Sequence record: OQ427096.1
DNA length: 64,000 nt
Reading direction: 5' to 3' (one strand)
Positions within the stretch are counted from its first letter, which is position 1. The number at the start of each line of letters is the position of its first letter. The notes under the pieces are model-generated. The model did no database searches, was not told where the DNA came from, and was given only the letters and a program-made list of their open reading frames with translations. Positions 1-9,278 of the stretch are shown here, piece after piece. The translations under genes were made by a program, and so were the position numbers.

Positions 1-13
1 CTAGGAGGTAACA

Positions 14-418
14 ATGGCATCTATGAGTCCATTTGATATCGCCTCGCACATCAACGAGAAGAAAGGTGTGCTGGATGTTGAAGAAATTGGCTATAGTTCG
101 TACGTAGTCAACAAGGTACTGTCGAATACAATTGATAGTGTCTTGTTCGCGAATGAGATGAATCGTTACTGGGGACTTCCAACCCAGGCGCAATTTGACT
201 TCTATTACCATGGTCTGCCGAAGAAGAAGCGTTTCGGCAAGTGGCACAAGAATCAGGACGACACCGCGTCGCTCGATCTAATTCAGGAATACTACGGATA
301 TAGTCGGAAACGAGCCAAAGATGTGCTCGGACTTCTTCGACCTTATCTTGATGACATTCGCAAAGAATTAGAAAAAGGTGGCAAAAATGTCGCAAAACAG
401 AAAGCAGGAACTTCTTGA
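14..418 (+). CDS. gp62: Sliding clamp loader small subunit (T4 gp62-like)
   Basis: SPFD..., VNKVLS..D.V.FANEMN, QFDFY...KKKRFGKW pattern; directly upstream of regA as in T4. Confidence 0.9.
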   Translation: MASMSPFDIASHINEKKGVLDVEEIGYSSYVVNKVLSNTIDSVLFANEMNRYWGLPTQAQFDFYYHGLPKKKRFGKWHKNQDDTASLDLIQEYYGYSRKRAKDVLGLLRPYLDDIRKELEKGGKNVAKQKAGTS

Positions 419-812
419 GTCCTTCTTTGAAATTGAACCTTTGAACAAGGATCAGTTTCTAAAGGTACGTGAAACTTTGACCCGTATTGGGTTGCCGAGC
501 AAGCGCAATGGTGATCAGACTCTTTGGCAGACATGCCACGTCTTCCATAAGCAAGGTCGTTACTACATCGTCCATTTCAAGCAGCTGTTCCTGCTCGATG
601 GTCGAACAGATGTAACCGACTTTACCGATGAAGATGAAGATCGTCTGGAGTTCATCGTAAACTTGCTTGAGCAGTGGGGTTTGGTCACATCACTGGTTGA
701 AGTTGACGCCAGAGTTGAATCAAACGTAATGATTATCCCTTATCGCGATAAGCATAAGTGGAGCCTTCGTGTGAAATACTCCTTGGGAAATACTGATAAT
801 GGCGAGAGCTAA
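378..812 (+). CDS. regA: Translational repressor RegA
   Basis: FLKVRETLTRIG...LWQTCHVFHKQGRYYIVHFKQLFLLDG signature. Confidence 0.97.
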   Translation: MAKMSQNRKQELLESFFEIEPLNKDQFLKVRETLTRIGLPSKRNGDQTLWQTCHVFHKQGRYYIVHFKQLFLLDGRTDVTDFTDEDEDRLEFIVNLLEQWGLVTSLVEVDARVESNVMIIPYRDKHKWSLRVKYSLGNTDNGES

Positions 813-1410
813 GAAAGAAGAGCAGGTCACTGACCTGGGCGCGCTGGATATGTCCAGCGTAGCTGTCATCGGACAGATTGCATCGTTCGAAGATGACAAC
901 GTTGGCTTCTATCAGAAGCGCAACAAGACCATTCCTGATTATGCGACAGAGTTCTCGGCAGGCTTTGACCTGAGCGTTGACATTGAAGCAGGTGACGTGA
1001 TCAACAAGTACGATCATCGTAATCAGAAGATCGAAATCACTGCTCGTGGACAAGACAACGCTCCGGCGCGTCTGTATCTGGAGCCAGGTGATCGTGCTCT
1101 GGTTCCGACTGGCTTGCACGCGGATATCCCGGAAGGCTACTACATCGCGATTCATGCGCGTAGTGGAACTTCCTGGAAACAGGGTCTGATTCTGACAAAT
1201 GGCGTCGCAGTGATTGACGCAGACTACGTGGGCGAGATCTTCATCTCGGTCACCAACAACAGTGGCACCAGGGTAGTCCTAGAAGACGGTGAGCGCATTG
1301 CTCAGGGGCTGCTGATGCCCGTTATCAAGGCGCCCTTCAAGAGGCTTGACACTAAGCCAGCACAAAAAACTAGCCGCGCAGGTGGCTTTGGATCAACAGG
1401 GAGCAAGTAA
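799..1410 (+). CDS. dut: Trimeric dUTPase
   Basis: Motifs SAGFDL, RSG, GVAVIDADYVGEI, GERIAQ, RAGGFGSTG. Confidence 0.96.
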   Translation: MARAKKEEQVTDLGALDMSSVAVIGQIASFEDDNVGFYQKRNKTIPDYATEFSAGFDLSVDIEAGDVINKYDHRNQKIEITARGQDNAPARLYLEPGDRALVPTGLHADIPEGYYIAIHARSGTSWKQGLILTNGVAVIDADYVGEIFISVTNNSGTRVVLEDGERIAQGLLMPVIKAPFKRLDTKPAQKTSRAGGFGSTGSK

Positions 1411-1682
1411 TGAGCGATATCAAGTTGGTATGGACCACTCACGGTCAGATCCTCGGTGAGGTCACCGCCAAGGGCGATGGTTACGAAGTAGAGAATCCGG
1501 TATTCATTTCGCCGGGCGGGCAGGGTGTCAGCATGCTGCCTGTGAACATGTTCTCCGATGAAACGAAGATCACTCTGACGAAAGAGGACCTTCGCTTCGG
1601 TGGTCACCTGTTCGAGCCGATCACTGAGCTGCGCAACGCGTATACTCAGCAGTTCGGGTCAGGGATTCAGCTTCTGAGCTGA
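1410..1682 (+). CDS. Hypothetical protein (small beta-rich)
   Basis: Coupled to the dut stop codon (TAATG); phage-typical codon usage. Confidence 0.7.
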   Translation: MSDIKLVWTTHGQILGEVTAKGDGYEVENPVFISPGGQGVSMLPVNMFSDETKITLTKEDLRFGGHLFEPITELRNAYTQQFGSGIQLLS

Positions 1683-2039
1683 GTCGGCTGAAACGCCATA
1701 TCTCGCCGAGATCAGCTTGCTAACACTTGCTGATCCGGCGATGACGCCTAGATAGGCAAGCCAGATAAACTCAAGTGATGCTGCCGCTGGCGCAGTGATA
1801 TTGATGAATAGGAACGCGATGGTCGCCACAAAACAGGCAACGACGTTCCAGAATTTTGTAGATGACACGGTCAGGGTGCCCGGCTCGTAGAACATAGAGC
1901 TGAGGTCAAGTTTCCTGATTGCCTTGAACAAGACATAAGCAATCATTAGCATGAAGACTAGTGCTGCACATGAGGCAGCAAACAGGAAGCCGTTGGTTCC
2001 AATGGCTAGCCATGCTAGAAATGAGGAGAGTAAAGACAT
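1659..2039 (-). CDS. Membrane protein with 3 predicted TM segments, putative holin
   Basis: Three hydrophobic stretches, SSTKFW loop, basic/polar C-terminus; fills an otherwise empty gap. Confidence 0.6.
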   Translation of the reverse strand: MSLLSSFLAWLAIGTNGFLFAASCAALVFMLMIAYVLFKAIRKLDLSSMFYEPGTLTVSSTKFWNVVACFVATIAFLFINITAPAAASLEFIWLAYLGVIAGSASVSKLISARYGVSADSAQKLNP

Positions 2040-2040
2040 A

Positions 2041-4719
2041 ATGGCGTTCTATACCTTTTGCGATTCGATTGGAAGTAAGATTTACCACAGGTATGTGGAC
2101 GATGCCGGAAAACGCCATCAAGAAATTGTTACAAGTTTTCCTATCGAGCTATTTATCAAAGGCAATGGAGAATACAAGTCGCTCTATGGTGACCGTCTCA
2201 GCCGAATGACCTTTGATACGATTTCGGATGCCAAAGACTTCATCAAGAAGTACGAAGGTACTGTGCCTGTCTTTGGACAGACTTCGATGCATCACCAGTT
2301 CATCTCTCATCGTTACCCTGAGAAGATTGAATTGCAGTTTGACAAGTATCGTGTTCTCAACTTCGATATCGAAACCCGATTCGACGGTAAGGATGATGAA
2401 GATGAGGTTTTGGTTCGTAAGGTGTTCAGTCTTGAAGAAGAGACCGTCACCGTTGGTTACATGAAGACTCTCCAGGACGTTTGGGAAGTCTATGATCCGA
2501 TCAACGAGCGTTGGTATCCTGCATCTAAGGCACCTCAGCGCAATCCAGGTGGCTTCCCTGACGCACAGAATGCAGCATACGAGATCACTTCGATCTCCTG
2601 CAAGGTGTTTGGTCGTCCTCAGAAGGTGACCTTCGGTACGAAGGAATATGAGGTCAAGGATAAGAATCAGATCTACAATCTGTGTGCAGACGAGCGCGAG
2701 CTTCTTCAGCGGTTCATTGACTTTGTTCGTTTGGTCGACCCAGATGCAATCACTGGTTGGAACATTGAGTCGTTCGACGTCCCCTACATCGTGAATCGCT
2801 GTCGTGCTCTGTTGGGTGAGAAGCTGACGAACAAGCTGAGTCCGTTCCATGCTCACACTGATCGTTGCATTCAGGACTACTGGATTGATGACGACAAGAC
2901 TGAGAAGGGATATCGCATCTTCGGCGTGACCACTCTTGATTACATGGACATGTATAAGGGTTACAACCCTGTCAAGCGAGACAGTTACGCACTGGACTTC
3001 ATCTCTGAGGTTGAGCTGAAAGAGAAGAAGCTGGATTACTCTGAGTACGGCGACCTGATGGGGCTGTATCGTCAGAACTACGAAAAGTTCATTGACTACA
3101 ACGAACGAGACGTTTACCTGGTTGAACGACTTGATCAGAAGAAGCAGTTCGTTCGACTTGTGATCACCACCGTTCTGATGACCAAGAGTCGATATCAGGA
3201 AAAGGACGGTAAGGTAAAGCTGTGGGACAATCTGATCTACAATCTGCTCAAGGCAGAGAACATCGTCATTCCGCCAGCAGTGCAGAAGCACGGTCGTAGC
3301 ATCATTGGCGCATATGTCAAGGAGCCTGTGCCTGGCAAGTACCGTTGGGTATCTTCGCTCGACTTGACCTCGCTGTATCCTTCGATCTGTATGATGTTCA
3401 ACATGAGCCCTGAAACTCTGGTTCGTGAAGAGCAAGGTCAGCTGGATTGGGTTGAGCGTCTGTTGAAGGGCGAAGACCTTGCTGCGGATTGCCGAGCTCA
3501 GGGTTGGGCGATGGCAGCAAACGGTTCGGCTTATCGACAGGACGTGATGGGCGTTATGCCGAAGGGTATGAAGTTCGTATTCGATACTCGTAAGGCTGAG
3601 AAGAATCGAATGCTCGACCTTAAGCGTGAGAAGGAAGCATATCTTGCGGCTGGTGGTACAGAAGGTTCGGAAGAGTATCTGCGTCTCGATAACCTGATTG
3701 CAGCGGCAGACGCAACTCAGGGTGCGATGAAGGTTCTGGCTAACTCGGGTTACGGTGCATCGGCGAACAAGGGCTTCCGTTACTTCAACGTGAGCATCGC
3801 GGAAGGCATCACATTGACCGGTCAGCTGGGCATCCAGTACATCGGCAACATGATGAACAAGTACCTCAACAAGAAGTTTGGTACGGAGAAGGATTATGTG
3901 ATCACGTCCGACACCGACTCGGCTTACATCCAGTTGGAGAACCTGCCTTCGGATCCGAAGAACATTCAGAAGTCGGTTGACGAGATTGATGACTTCCTCG
4001 AGAAGGAATTCACACCGTTCATCAACGCAGCATATCAGAAGCTGTCTGATCGACTTGGCGCAAAGAAGAACCTGCTTGATATGAAGCGAGAAGCAATCGC
4101 AGACGTCGGCATCTTCCGAGGCAAGAAGAACTATGTTCTGCGCGTATGGGACAACGAACACGTTCGTTACCATGAGCCAGTTCTGAAGATGACCGGTATC
4201 GAGACTGCTCGAAGCGACAAGCCGATGATGGTTCGTAAGAAGCTCGAGAGTGACCTAGAGATCCTCCTGACAGGAACTCAGGAACAGTTGCTTACTTCCA
4301 TTGATAGTTTCAAGAAGGAGTTTTATAATGCTCCTATTGAGAACATTGCTTCGCCGAAGGGTGTGAAAGATTTGACGAAGTGGATTGGTGACAGCGGTGA
4401 ACTTTTGCCGAAGGCTCCATATCACGTTCGTGCAGCATACGCGCACAACACCTTGATCATTGAGAAGGGTCTGCAAAAGACTGTCGAGAGAATCAAGAAC
4501 GGCAACAAGGTGAGGCTGATGGCGCTCAAGGCAATTAACCCTTGCCGATGCAGCAACATCGCATTCAATGGCACTCTACCTGAAGGTTTCGATCTTCACG
4601 AGTACCTCGACAAGGACAAGCAATGGAATGCTACGTACATCACTCCTTTGAAGTCATTCACTGAAATCCTCGGATGGAAGACTGAAAAGGTCAGCTCTCT
4701 TGAAAGCCTATTCGGCTGA
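2041..4719 (+). CDS. gp43: Family B DNA polymerase (T4 gp43-like)
   Basis: ExoI FDIET, GWNIESFD, DLTSLYPS, KVLANSGYG, SDTDS, KKNY; start moved to ATG 2041 behind GAGGAG. Confidence 0.98.
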   Translation: MAFYTFCDSIGSKIYHRYVDDAGKRHQEIVTSFPIELFIKGNGEYKSLYGDRLSRMTFDTISDAKDFIKKYEGTVPVFGQTSMHHQFISHRYPEKIELQFDKYRVLNFDIETRFDGKDDEDEVLVRKVFSLEEETVTVGYMKTLQDVWEVYDPINERWYPASKAPQRNPGGFPDAQNAAYEITSISCKVFGRPQKVTFGTKEYEVKDKNQIYNLCADERELLQRFIDFVRLVDPDAITGWNIESFDVPYIVNRCRALLGEKLTNKLSPFHAHTDRCIQDYWIDDDKTEKGYRIFGVTTLDYMDMYKGYNPVKRDSYALDFISEVELKEKKLDYSEYGDLMGLYRQNYEKFIDYNERDVYLVERLDQKKQFVRLVITTVLMTKSRYQEKDGKVKLWDNLIYNLLKAENIVIPPAVQKHGRSIIGAYVKEPVPGKYRWVSSLDLTSLYPSICMMFNMSPETLVREEQGQLDWVERLLKGEDLAADCRAQGWAMAANGSAYRQDVMGVMPKGMKFVFDTRKAEKNRMLDLKREKEAYLAAGGTEGSEEYLRLDNLIAAADATQGAMKVLANSGYGASANKGFRYFNVSIAEGITLTGQLGIQYIGNMMNKYLNKKFGTEKDYVITSDTDSAYIQLENLPSDPKNIQKSVDEIDDFLEKEFTPFINAAYQKLSDRLGAKKNLLDMKREAIADVGIFRGKKNYVLRVWDNEHVRYHEPVLKMTGIETARSDKPMMVRKKLESDLEILLTGTQEQLLTSIDSFKKEFYNAPIENIASPKGVKDLTKWIGDSGELLPKAPYHVRAAYAHNTLIIEKGLQKTVERIKNGNKVRLMALKAINPCRCSNIAFNGTLPEGFDLHEYLDKDKQWNATYITPLKSFTEILGWKTEKVSSLESLFG

Positions 4720-4730
4720 GGGGTTTAAGT

Positions 4731-5084
4731 ATGAGTGCATCTAGCCAGATGCTGAAACTGTTGGCCAGTTTGCAGAACGAACTGGCCATGGTTGATGTTG
4801 ATCCTGAAATGGCTGAGTTTGCGGAACACGAAAAGATCCTTGATGTGTTCCGACAGACTGTAGCATCAATTGAACACATCTATCCTATGGTGCAGGCGGT
4901 CGAAGAAGTCCTCGACTGGTCTATCACTCCAGCTCTCTTCTATCACAAATGGAAGAGAGCGGCTGCTCACATGGGTGTCGATGACGACATTGGTGAAGAA
5001 GATATCGGTCCAGACGTTCGAGGACTACTCGATCGGTTTAGCGACGATAATGACGATGAAGAAGACGAAGGAGAAGAAAGTTGA
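4731..5084 (+). CDS. Hypothetical protein with acidic C-terminal tail
   Basis: Fills the gap between pol and uvsX; D/E-rich end. Confidence 0.7.
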   Translation: MSASSQMLKLLASLQNELAMVDVDPEMAEFAEHEKILDVFRQTVASIEHIYPMVQAVEEVLDWSITPALFYHKWKRAAAHMGVDDDIGEEDIGPDVRGLLDRFSDDNDDEEDEGEES

Positions 5085-6130
5085 GTTTGGTTGATAAATT
5101 GATGAAGCAGTCTACGATTAAAGAGACTGCATCGCTGGAGAATAGCACCTTCTTCCAGAAAAAAGAACTGGTGCAGACAAAGATTCCCGTCCTCAACCTT
5201 CTTCAGTCGGGTGAGCTTGATGGTGGTTTCGGTCCTGGTCTGACCATCTGGGCAGGTCCATCCAAGCACTTCAAGACCAGCTTTGTGCTGACGAACATGA
5301 AGGCGTTCCTTGACAAGTACAAGGATGGTGTGGTTCTGTTCTACGATTCGGAGTTCGGTACTCCTCAGAGTTACTTCTCGTCCTTCGGTATTCCGCTGGA
5401 TCGCGTTGTTCATACTCCGATTACCAACATCGAGGTGCTCAAGTTCGACCTGATGCAGCAGTTGGATGGTCTGAACCGTGGCGATAAGGTGTTCATCGCA
5501 ATTGACTCGGTTGGTAACCTGGCTTCCAAGAAGGAAGTGGAAGACGCCCTGGAAGGCAAGTCGGTTGCAGACATGACCCGCGCAAAGGCATTCAAGTCTC
5601 TGTTCCGTATGGTCACTCCGGTGCTGTCCCTTAAGGGTCTCTGTATGCACGTCGTGGCTCACACCTACGATACGATGGAGATGTATGCGAAGAAGGTCGT
5701 GTCCGGTGGTACAGGTCTTATCTACTCGGCAGACAACATCTATATCGTTGGTCGTCAGCAGAACAAGGATGGTCAGGAAGTCGTTGGTTACAACTTCGTT
5801 CTGAACGTTGAGAAGTCTCGCTATGTCCGAGAGAAGAGCAAGATTCCGGTCGAGGTAACATTCGAGAACGGTATTTCGCCTTGGTCTGGTCTGCTCGACC
5901 TTGCACTTGAAACAGGTCACGTTGTGAAGCCGTCCAACGGCTGGTATCAGCAGGCTGGCACTGAAAAGAAGCTCCGCCTTGCAGATACGAACAATGCTGC
6001 ATTCTGGGTTCCGATCCTTACCAAGACAGACTTTGGTGCAAAGCTCAAGGAACACTTCCAGCTTGCTCAGACTGAAATGATCAAGGCTGGAACGATCGAT
6101 TACGAAACTGGCGAAGTGATTGAAGAATAA
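5081..6130 (+). CDS. uvsX: RecA-like recombinase UvsX
   Basis: Walker A AGPSKHFKT, LFYDSEFG, IDSVGNLASKKE, VVSGGTG. Confidence 0.97.
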   Translation: MSLVDKLMKQSTIKETASLENSTFFQKKELVQTKIPVLNLLQSGELDGGFGPGLTIWAGPSKHFKTSFVLTNMKAFLDKYKDGVVLFYDSEFGTPQSYFSSFGIPLDRVVHTPITNIEVLKFDLMQQLDGLNRGDKVFIAIDSVGNLASKKEVEDALEGKSVADMTRAKAFKSLFRMVTPVLSLKGLCMHVVAHTYDTMEMYAKKVVSGGTGLIYSADNIYIVGRQQNKDGQEVVGYNFVLNVEKSRYVREKSKIPVEVTFENGISPWSGLLDLALETGHVVKPSNGWYQQAGTEKKLRLADTNNAAFWVPILTKTDFGAKLKEHFQLAQTEMIKAGTIDYETGEVIEE

Positions 6131-7095
6131 TGGTTAAGAAGGTTCTACCAACAACGACGAACTGGCTCTATGCTAAGGAGCCTATGCTCGGAGCGCCAAC
6201 CATTGCGAACATTACGCAATGGTTGCGTAAGAACAAGCTGACGGTTGTCCAAAAAGGTCGTCGTTTGACAGTGAACCATCGAGCCAACGTAGAGCCTGTC
6301 CGTCTCGCTGACGAAATTCAGTTGAGGCTGGAAGGCTCTCGTCGAATCTCAAACCTTGCTGTGAACGTCAATGGTATTGCTATCGTCGTATCGGCTAGCC
6401 TGAAAGGTAACGCTGGTGAGGACAATGAAGAATACTTGATGCACCGTGTCAATCGACTCGTCGGTTGGCTCGGTGGACCTGTTGACGTGACCTTCAAATC
6501 AAAGAAGAAAGCGTTTGAGATCAAAGGCGTTGTCGAAGTCTATCTGTCAGGACGTGATACGTCTGGACATAAGAAAGCCGACGTTGAGTTTTGGACTAAG
6601 AGCGGGAAGATGATTCCTGTATCATTGAAGCAAGGCAACGCTTCATTCTTCTCTTCGGCTGACTCGGAGCTCAAAGAAATTGCTGAGGCATCGGTGCGAT
6701 ACGCATTTGAGAACGCCTTGACCAATTTTGAAATGGATCCTGCAACAAAGATCAGGAAGATCAACCCTGACCTTGTGATTGAACCTACAGATAAGGAAAA
6801 GGAATTCGCCCTTTTCGGAAATGACATCTTGAAAGGTAAAGGTGCTATCATTAGACAGTCATTCACCATGAATGATTTCTTCCAAGATGTGCCCAACAAG
6901 CTGTTCATTCACGTCGAAGACATCTGGCAAGAACTTCGTGATGTGCCAGAGATTGAACAGCCTGTAATTCAGATCAGAAACGACAAAGATAGAAACCGAA
7001 GCCACCCACTGCTCAAAGGTCTACGCGCGCTGACAATCAAACGTGCTGTAGTTCCTAAGAATGCTAGATGGATCGACCGTGAGAAACTAAAATAA
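6130..7095 (+). CDS. Putative restriction-endonuclease-fold (PD-(D/E)XK) nuclease
   Basis: GNAGEDNE helix, KADV (catalytic D), VSLKQ (S-x-K variant of D/E-x-K). Confidence 0.6.
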   Translation: MVKKVLPTTTNWLYAKEPMLGAPTIANITQWLRKNKLTVVQKGRRLTVNHRANVEPVRLADEIQLRLEGSRRISNLAVNVNGIAIVVSASLKGNAGEDNEEYLMHRVNRLVGWLGGPVDVTFKSKKKAFEIKGVVEVYLSGRDTSGHKKADVEFWTKSGKMIPVSLKQGNASFFSSADSELKEIAEASVRYAFENALTNFEMDPATKIRKINPDLVIEPTDKEKEFALFGNDILKGKGAIIRQSFTMNDFFQDVPNKLFIHVEDIWQELRDVPEIEQPVIQIRNDKDRNRSHPLLKGLRALTIKRAVVPKNARWIDREKLK

Positions 7096-7370
7096 TGGAA
7101 CTCTACGTAAAAGAAGCCCGCGAAGACTACCTTGAAGTCATCGACTTGAAACACCCGCAGTACCTTTTCATCTTCGATGGCATTCATGTTGGGACCAACA
7201 ATGGCAAGCTAGAGGTCCTTGTAAATAAAGCGTCGGTACAGAAATCCGACAAAGCGGAAGAGTCTAACCCCGATGCAATTGTCGCGGATGAAGATGAATT
7301 CCTTAGTACACATACCGAACTAATCATCAACGAACTGTTCCGTGGTCCAGTTGAAACGGCACTTGGTTGA
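7095..7370 (+). CDS. Hypothetical protein (position and size like T4 gp40 head vertex chaperone)
   Basis: Lies between uvsX and gp41 like T4 gene 40; sequence similarity not convincing. Confidence 0.4.
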   Translation: MELYVKEAREDYLEVIDLKHPQYLFIFDGIHVGTNNGKLEVLVNKASVQKSDKAEESNPDAIVADEDEFLSTHTELIINELFRGPVETALG

Positions 7371-7404
7371 TATTATCATATAGGAAATCGTAAAGGAAAG
7401 TAAC

Positions 7405-8088
7405 ATGCAGAAAGAAAAAACCAATCCAGAACTCGGTCAGCGCGTTCACAAGCACCTCGTCAGCCTCGGCATTGAAACGCCAATCACTGAGCTGGTGAAT
7501 GTCCCGAGCAAAGAGAAGATCGCGAAGATCGAAGAGTTCCAGCGCCAGTCGTTGCTCACTCTGGGTCTTGATCTGACCGACGACTCTCTGATCGAAACTC
7601 CGAAGCGCATCGCAAAGATGTACGTTGAGGAACTGTTCTACGGTCTGGATTACAACAACTTCCCGAAGTGCACAGAAGTTGATAACAAGATTGAATACGA
7701 TGAGATGGTGATTGAGCGTTGCTCGGTCAAGTCTGTCTGTGAACATCACCTCGTCTACTTTGGTACTGCTCACCGTCCCGATCTGTCTTGCTGGGTGTCT
7801 TACATGCCAGGTGAGAAGGTTCTGGGTCTGTCGAAGCTGTCACGCATCGTAGACTTCTTCAGCCGTCGTCCTCAGATTCAGGAACGCCTGACTGTGCAGA
7901 TTGCTGAGACCATCAAGTTCATCACTGGAACGGAAGATGTTGCCGTTGTGATGAAGGGTCAGCACTTCTGTGTTCTGACCCGTGGTGTTGAGGATTCCGA
8001 TGGCGTGACCATCACCTCTAGCCTGAGTGGTTCGTTCCGTACCGATCCTACGCTGCGATCGGAAATGATGTCTTTGATCAAGGGTTGA
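7405..8088 (+). CDS. folE: GTP cyclohydrolase I
   Basis: ETPKRIAKMY, SVCEHHL, GLSKLSRIV, RRPQIQERLT, HFCVLTRGV. Confidence 0.97.
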   Translation: MQKEKTNPELGQRVHKHLVSLGIETPITELVNVPSKEKIAKIEEFQRQSLLTLGLDLTDDSLIETPKRIAKMYVEELFYGLDYNNFPKCTEVDNKIEYDEMVIERCSVKSVCEHHLVYFGTAHRPDLSCWVSYMPGEKVLGLSKLSRIVDFFSRRPQIQERLTVQIAETIKFITGTEDVAVVMKGQHFCVLTRGVEDSDGVTITSSLSGSFRTDPTLRSEMMSLIKG

Positions 8089-8089
8089 T

Positions 8090-8623
8090 ATGAGCGAGCA
8101 CCTGAAAGAACTTGAAAGAGTAGCCATTGAAAGGCTGGTTGAGTACGGTGATCCTAAGGGTGTGTATGTTGCGACGAGCGGCGGAAAGGATTCTGTCGTC
8201 GTCCATCATCTAGCTCGAAAGGTGTTCGGTGATCAGGTTCATCTGATCCACACACCGAAGGTGACCGGCTTCAACAAGGTACATCCTGCGACTGTAGCAT
8301 TCCTCTATGAGCAGAGTGCGAAATATGGTCTCAACATCGTTCCATTTGAACGTATGCAGGAGTATCTGGATACCAACAAGCTTTGGATCCAAATTGACGG
8401 CACGCGCCGCTCCGAATTTGATCGGACTGACCGCAGTGCAGACGTCGTAGTGAATGGTAAGTTGATCAGCCGAGCGGACATGCCTGTTCATACGGTTGGC
8501 GGCTTGTTTGGCAATGAATCAATTTTCCCTATTGTGGATTGGAGTGATGATGATGTATGGGCATATATTGGACAGCAAGGTATTGAAGTCACCGAGGAAT
8601 ATCGTATTCTCGCCACACGTTGA
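8090..8623 (+). CDS. PAPS-reductase-like / adenine nucleotide alpha-hydrolase (PP-loop) protein
   Basis: SGGKDS PP-loop, DGTRRSE, PIVDWSDDDVWAYI. Confidence 0.85.
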   Translation: MSEHLKELERVAIERLVEYGDPKGVYVATSGGKDSVVVHHLARKVFGDQVHLIHTPKVTGFNKVHPATVAFLYEQSAKYGLNIVPFERMQEYLDTNKLWIQIDGTRRSEFDRTDRSADVVVNGKLISRADMPVHTVGGLFGNESIFPIVDWSDDDVWAYIGQQGIEVTEEYRILATR

Positions 8624-9278
8624 TGATGAAGTGATCGGGTGCTTTGAAGCACTTGATCGCGGTCTGATCACAGACGTTGTCTACTTCTACGATATCACCG
8701 AAGAGAGAAAGATCGAAGCTCTAAAAACTGCTGAGATGTTTGGCTTTACGCCGCATTTTGTCAGCCCTGATTGGTTTGGGCTTCCGAAAGAGATTGATAA
8801 CATCGCATCTGATGATACGATCTTCTGTCCGACCATTCGAGACTCACATTCTCAGCACGCTGAGATTAGCATCAGAGCCCGAATCATGCGCAGAAACACT
8901 GGCTGCAAGTTGGTGTTCTATACGGTAGACATGGATTCGTTCCAGGTACCGCTTCCTCCGAAGGTTCGAGCAAAGAAGAAGTCTGTCCTTCAGGAACTGT
9001 TCCCTTCGCAGAGTGTTTTGCTGACGAATGAGAAATATCATCTGTTCGAAGGCTATAGCGAGACTGATCACTATCAGGGAATCGAGTTCAGAATTGACGA
9101 TGAACGAAAGGTTGTGATGAAGGGTTATCACGTCCCTTCGGGCCTTGAAGCGCCTTGGGATGATTCAATTTCAGATTCTGAATACCTCAACATCCTGATC
9201 ACTCGATATTTCAACCGTAATTCGGTTAGTTACATCGCATTTCACAATGGCAATAGGTGGGTAGAATTTAATGGCTAA
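8553..9278 (+). CDS. PIG-L/MshB/LmbE-family deacetylase-like protein
   Basis: VFSPHVDDEVIG (HxDD) and DSHSQH metal motifs; GGAG RBS at 8541. Confidence 0.8.
   Translation: MYGHILDSKVLKSPRNIVFSPHVDDEVIGCFEALDRGLITDVVYFYDITEERKIEALKTAEMFGFTPHFVSPDWFGLPKEIDNIASDDTIFCPTIRDSHSQHAEISIRARIMRRNTGCKLVFYTVDMDSFQVPLPPKVRAKKKSVLQELFPSQSVLLTNEKYHLFEGYSETDHYQGIEFRIDDERKVVMKGYHVPSGLEAPWDDSISDSEYLNILITRYFNRNSVSYIAFHNGNRWVEFNG

Noticed and set aside
2149-4173. Long antisense ORFs (e.g. 2149-4173, 4967-6055, 23804-24760, 33987-35093, 43291-44442, 44144-45670, 47813-49078, 49154-50572 minus; 16383-17477 plus)
   Set aside because: They are shadows of well-supported genes on the opposite strand, caused by codon bias; they have no motifs or RBS.
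7095-7370. Firm assignment as T4 gp40
   Set aside because: Only position and size agree; there is no recognisable sequence motif.
8090-8623. Calling this ORF (or the NadE-like ORF) queC
   Set aside because: It lacks the QueC SGGxDS-plus-zinc (CxxCxxC) architecture; its motifs fit PAPS reductase and NadE respectively.
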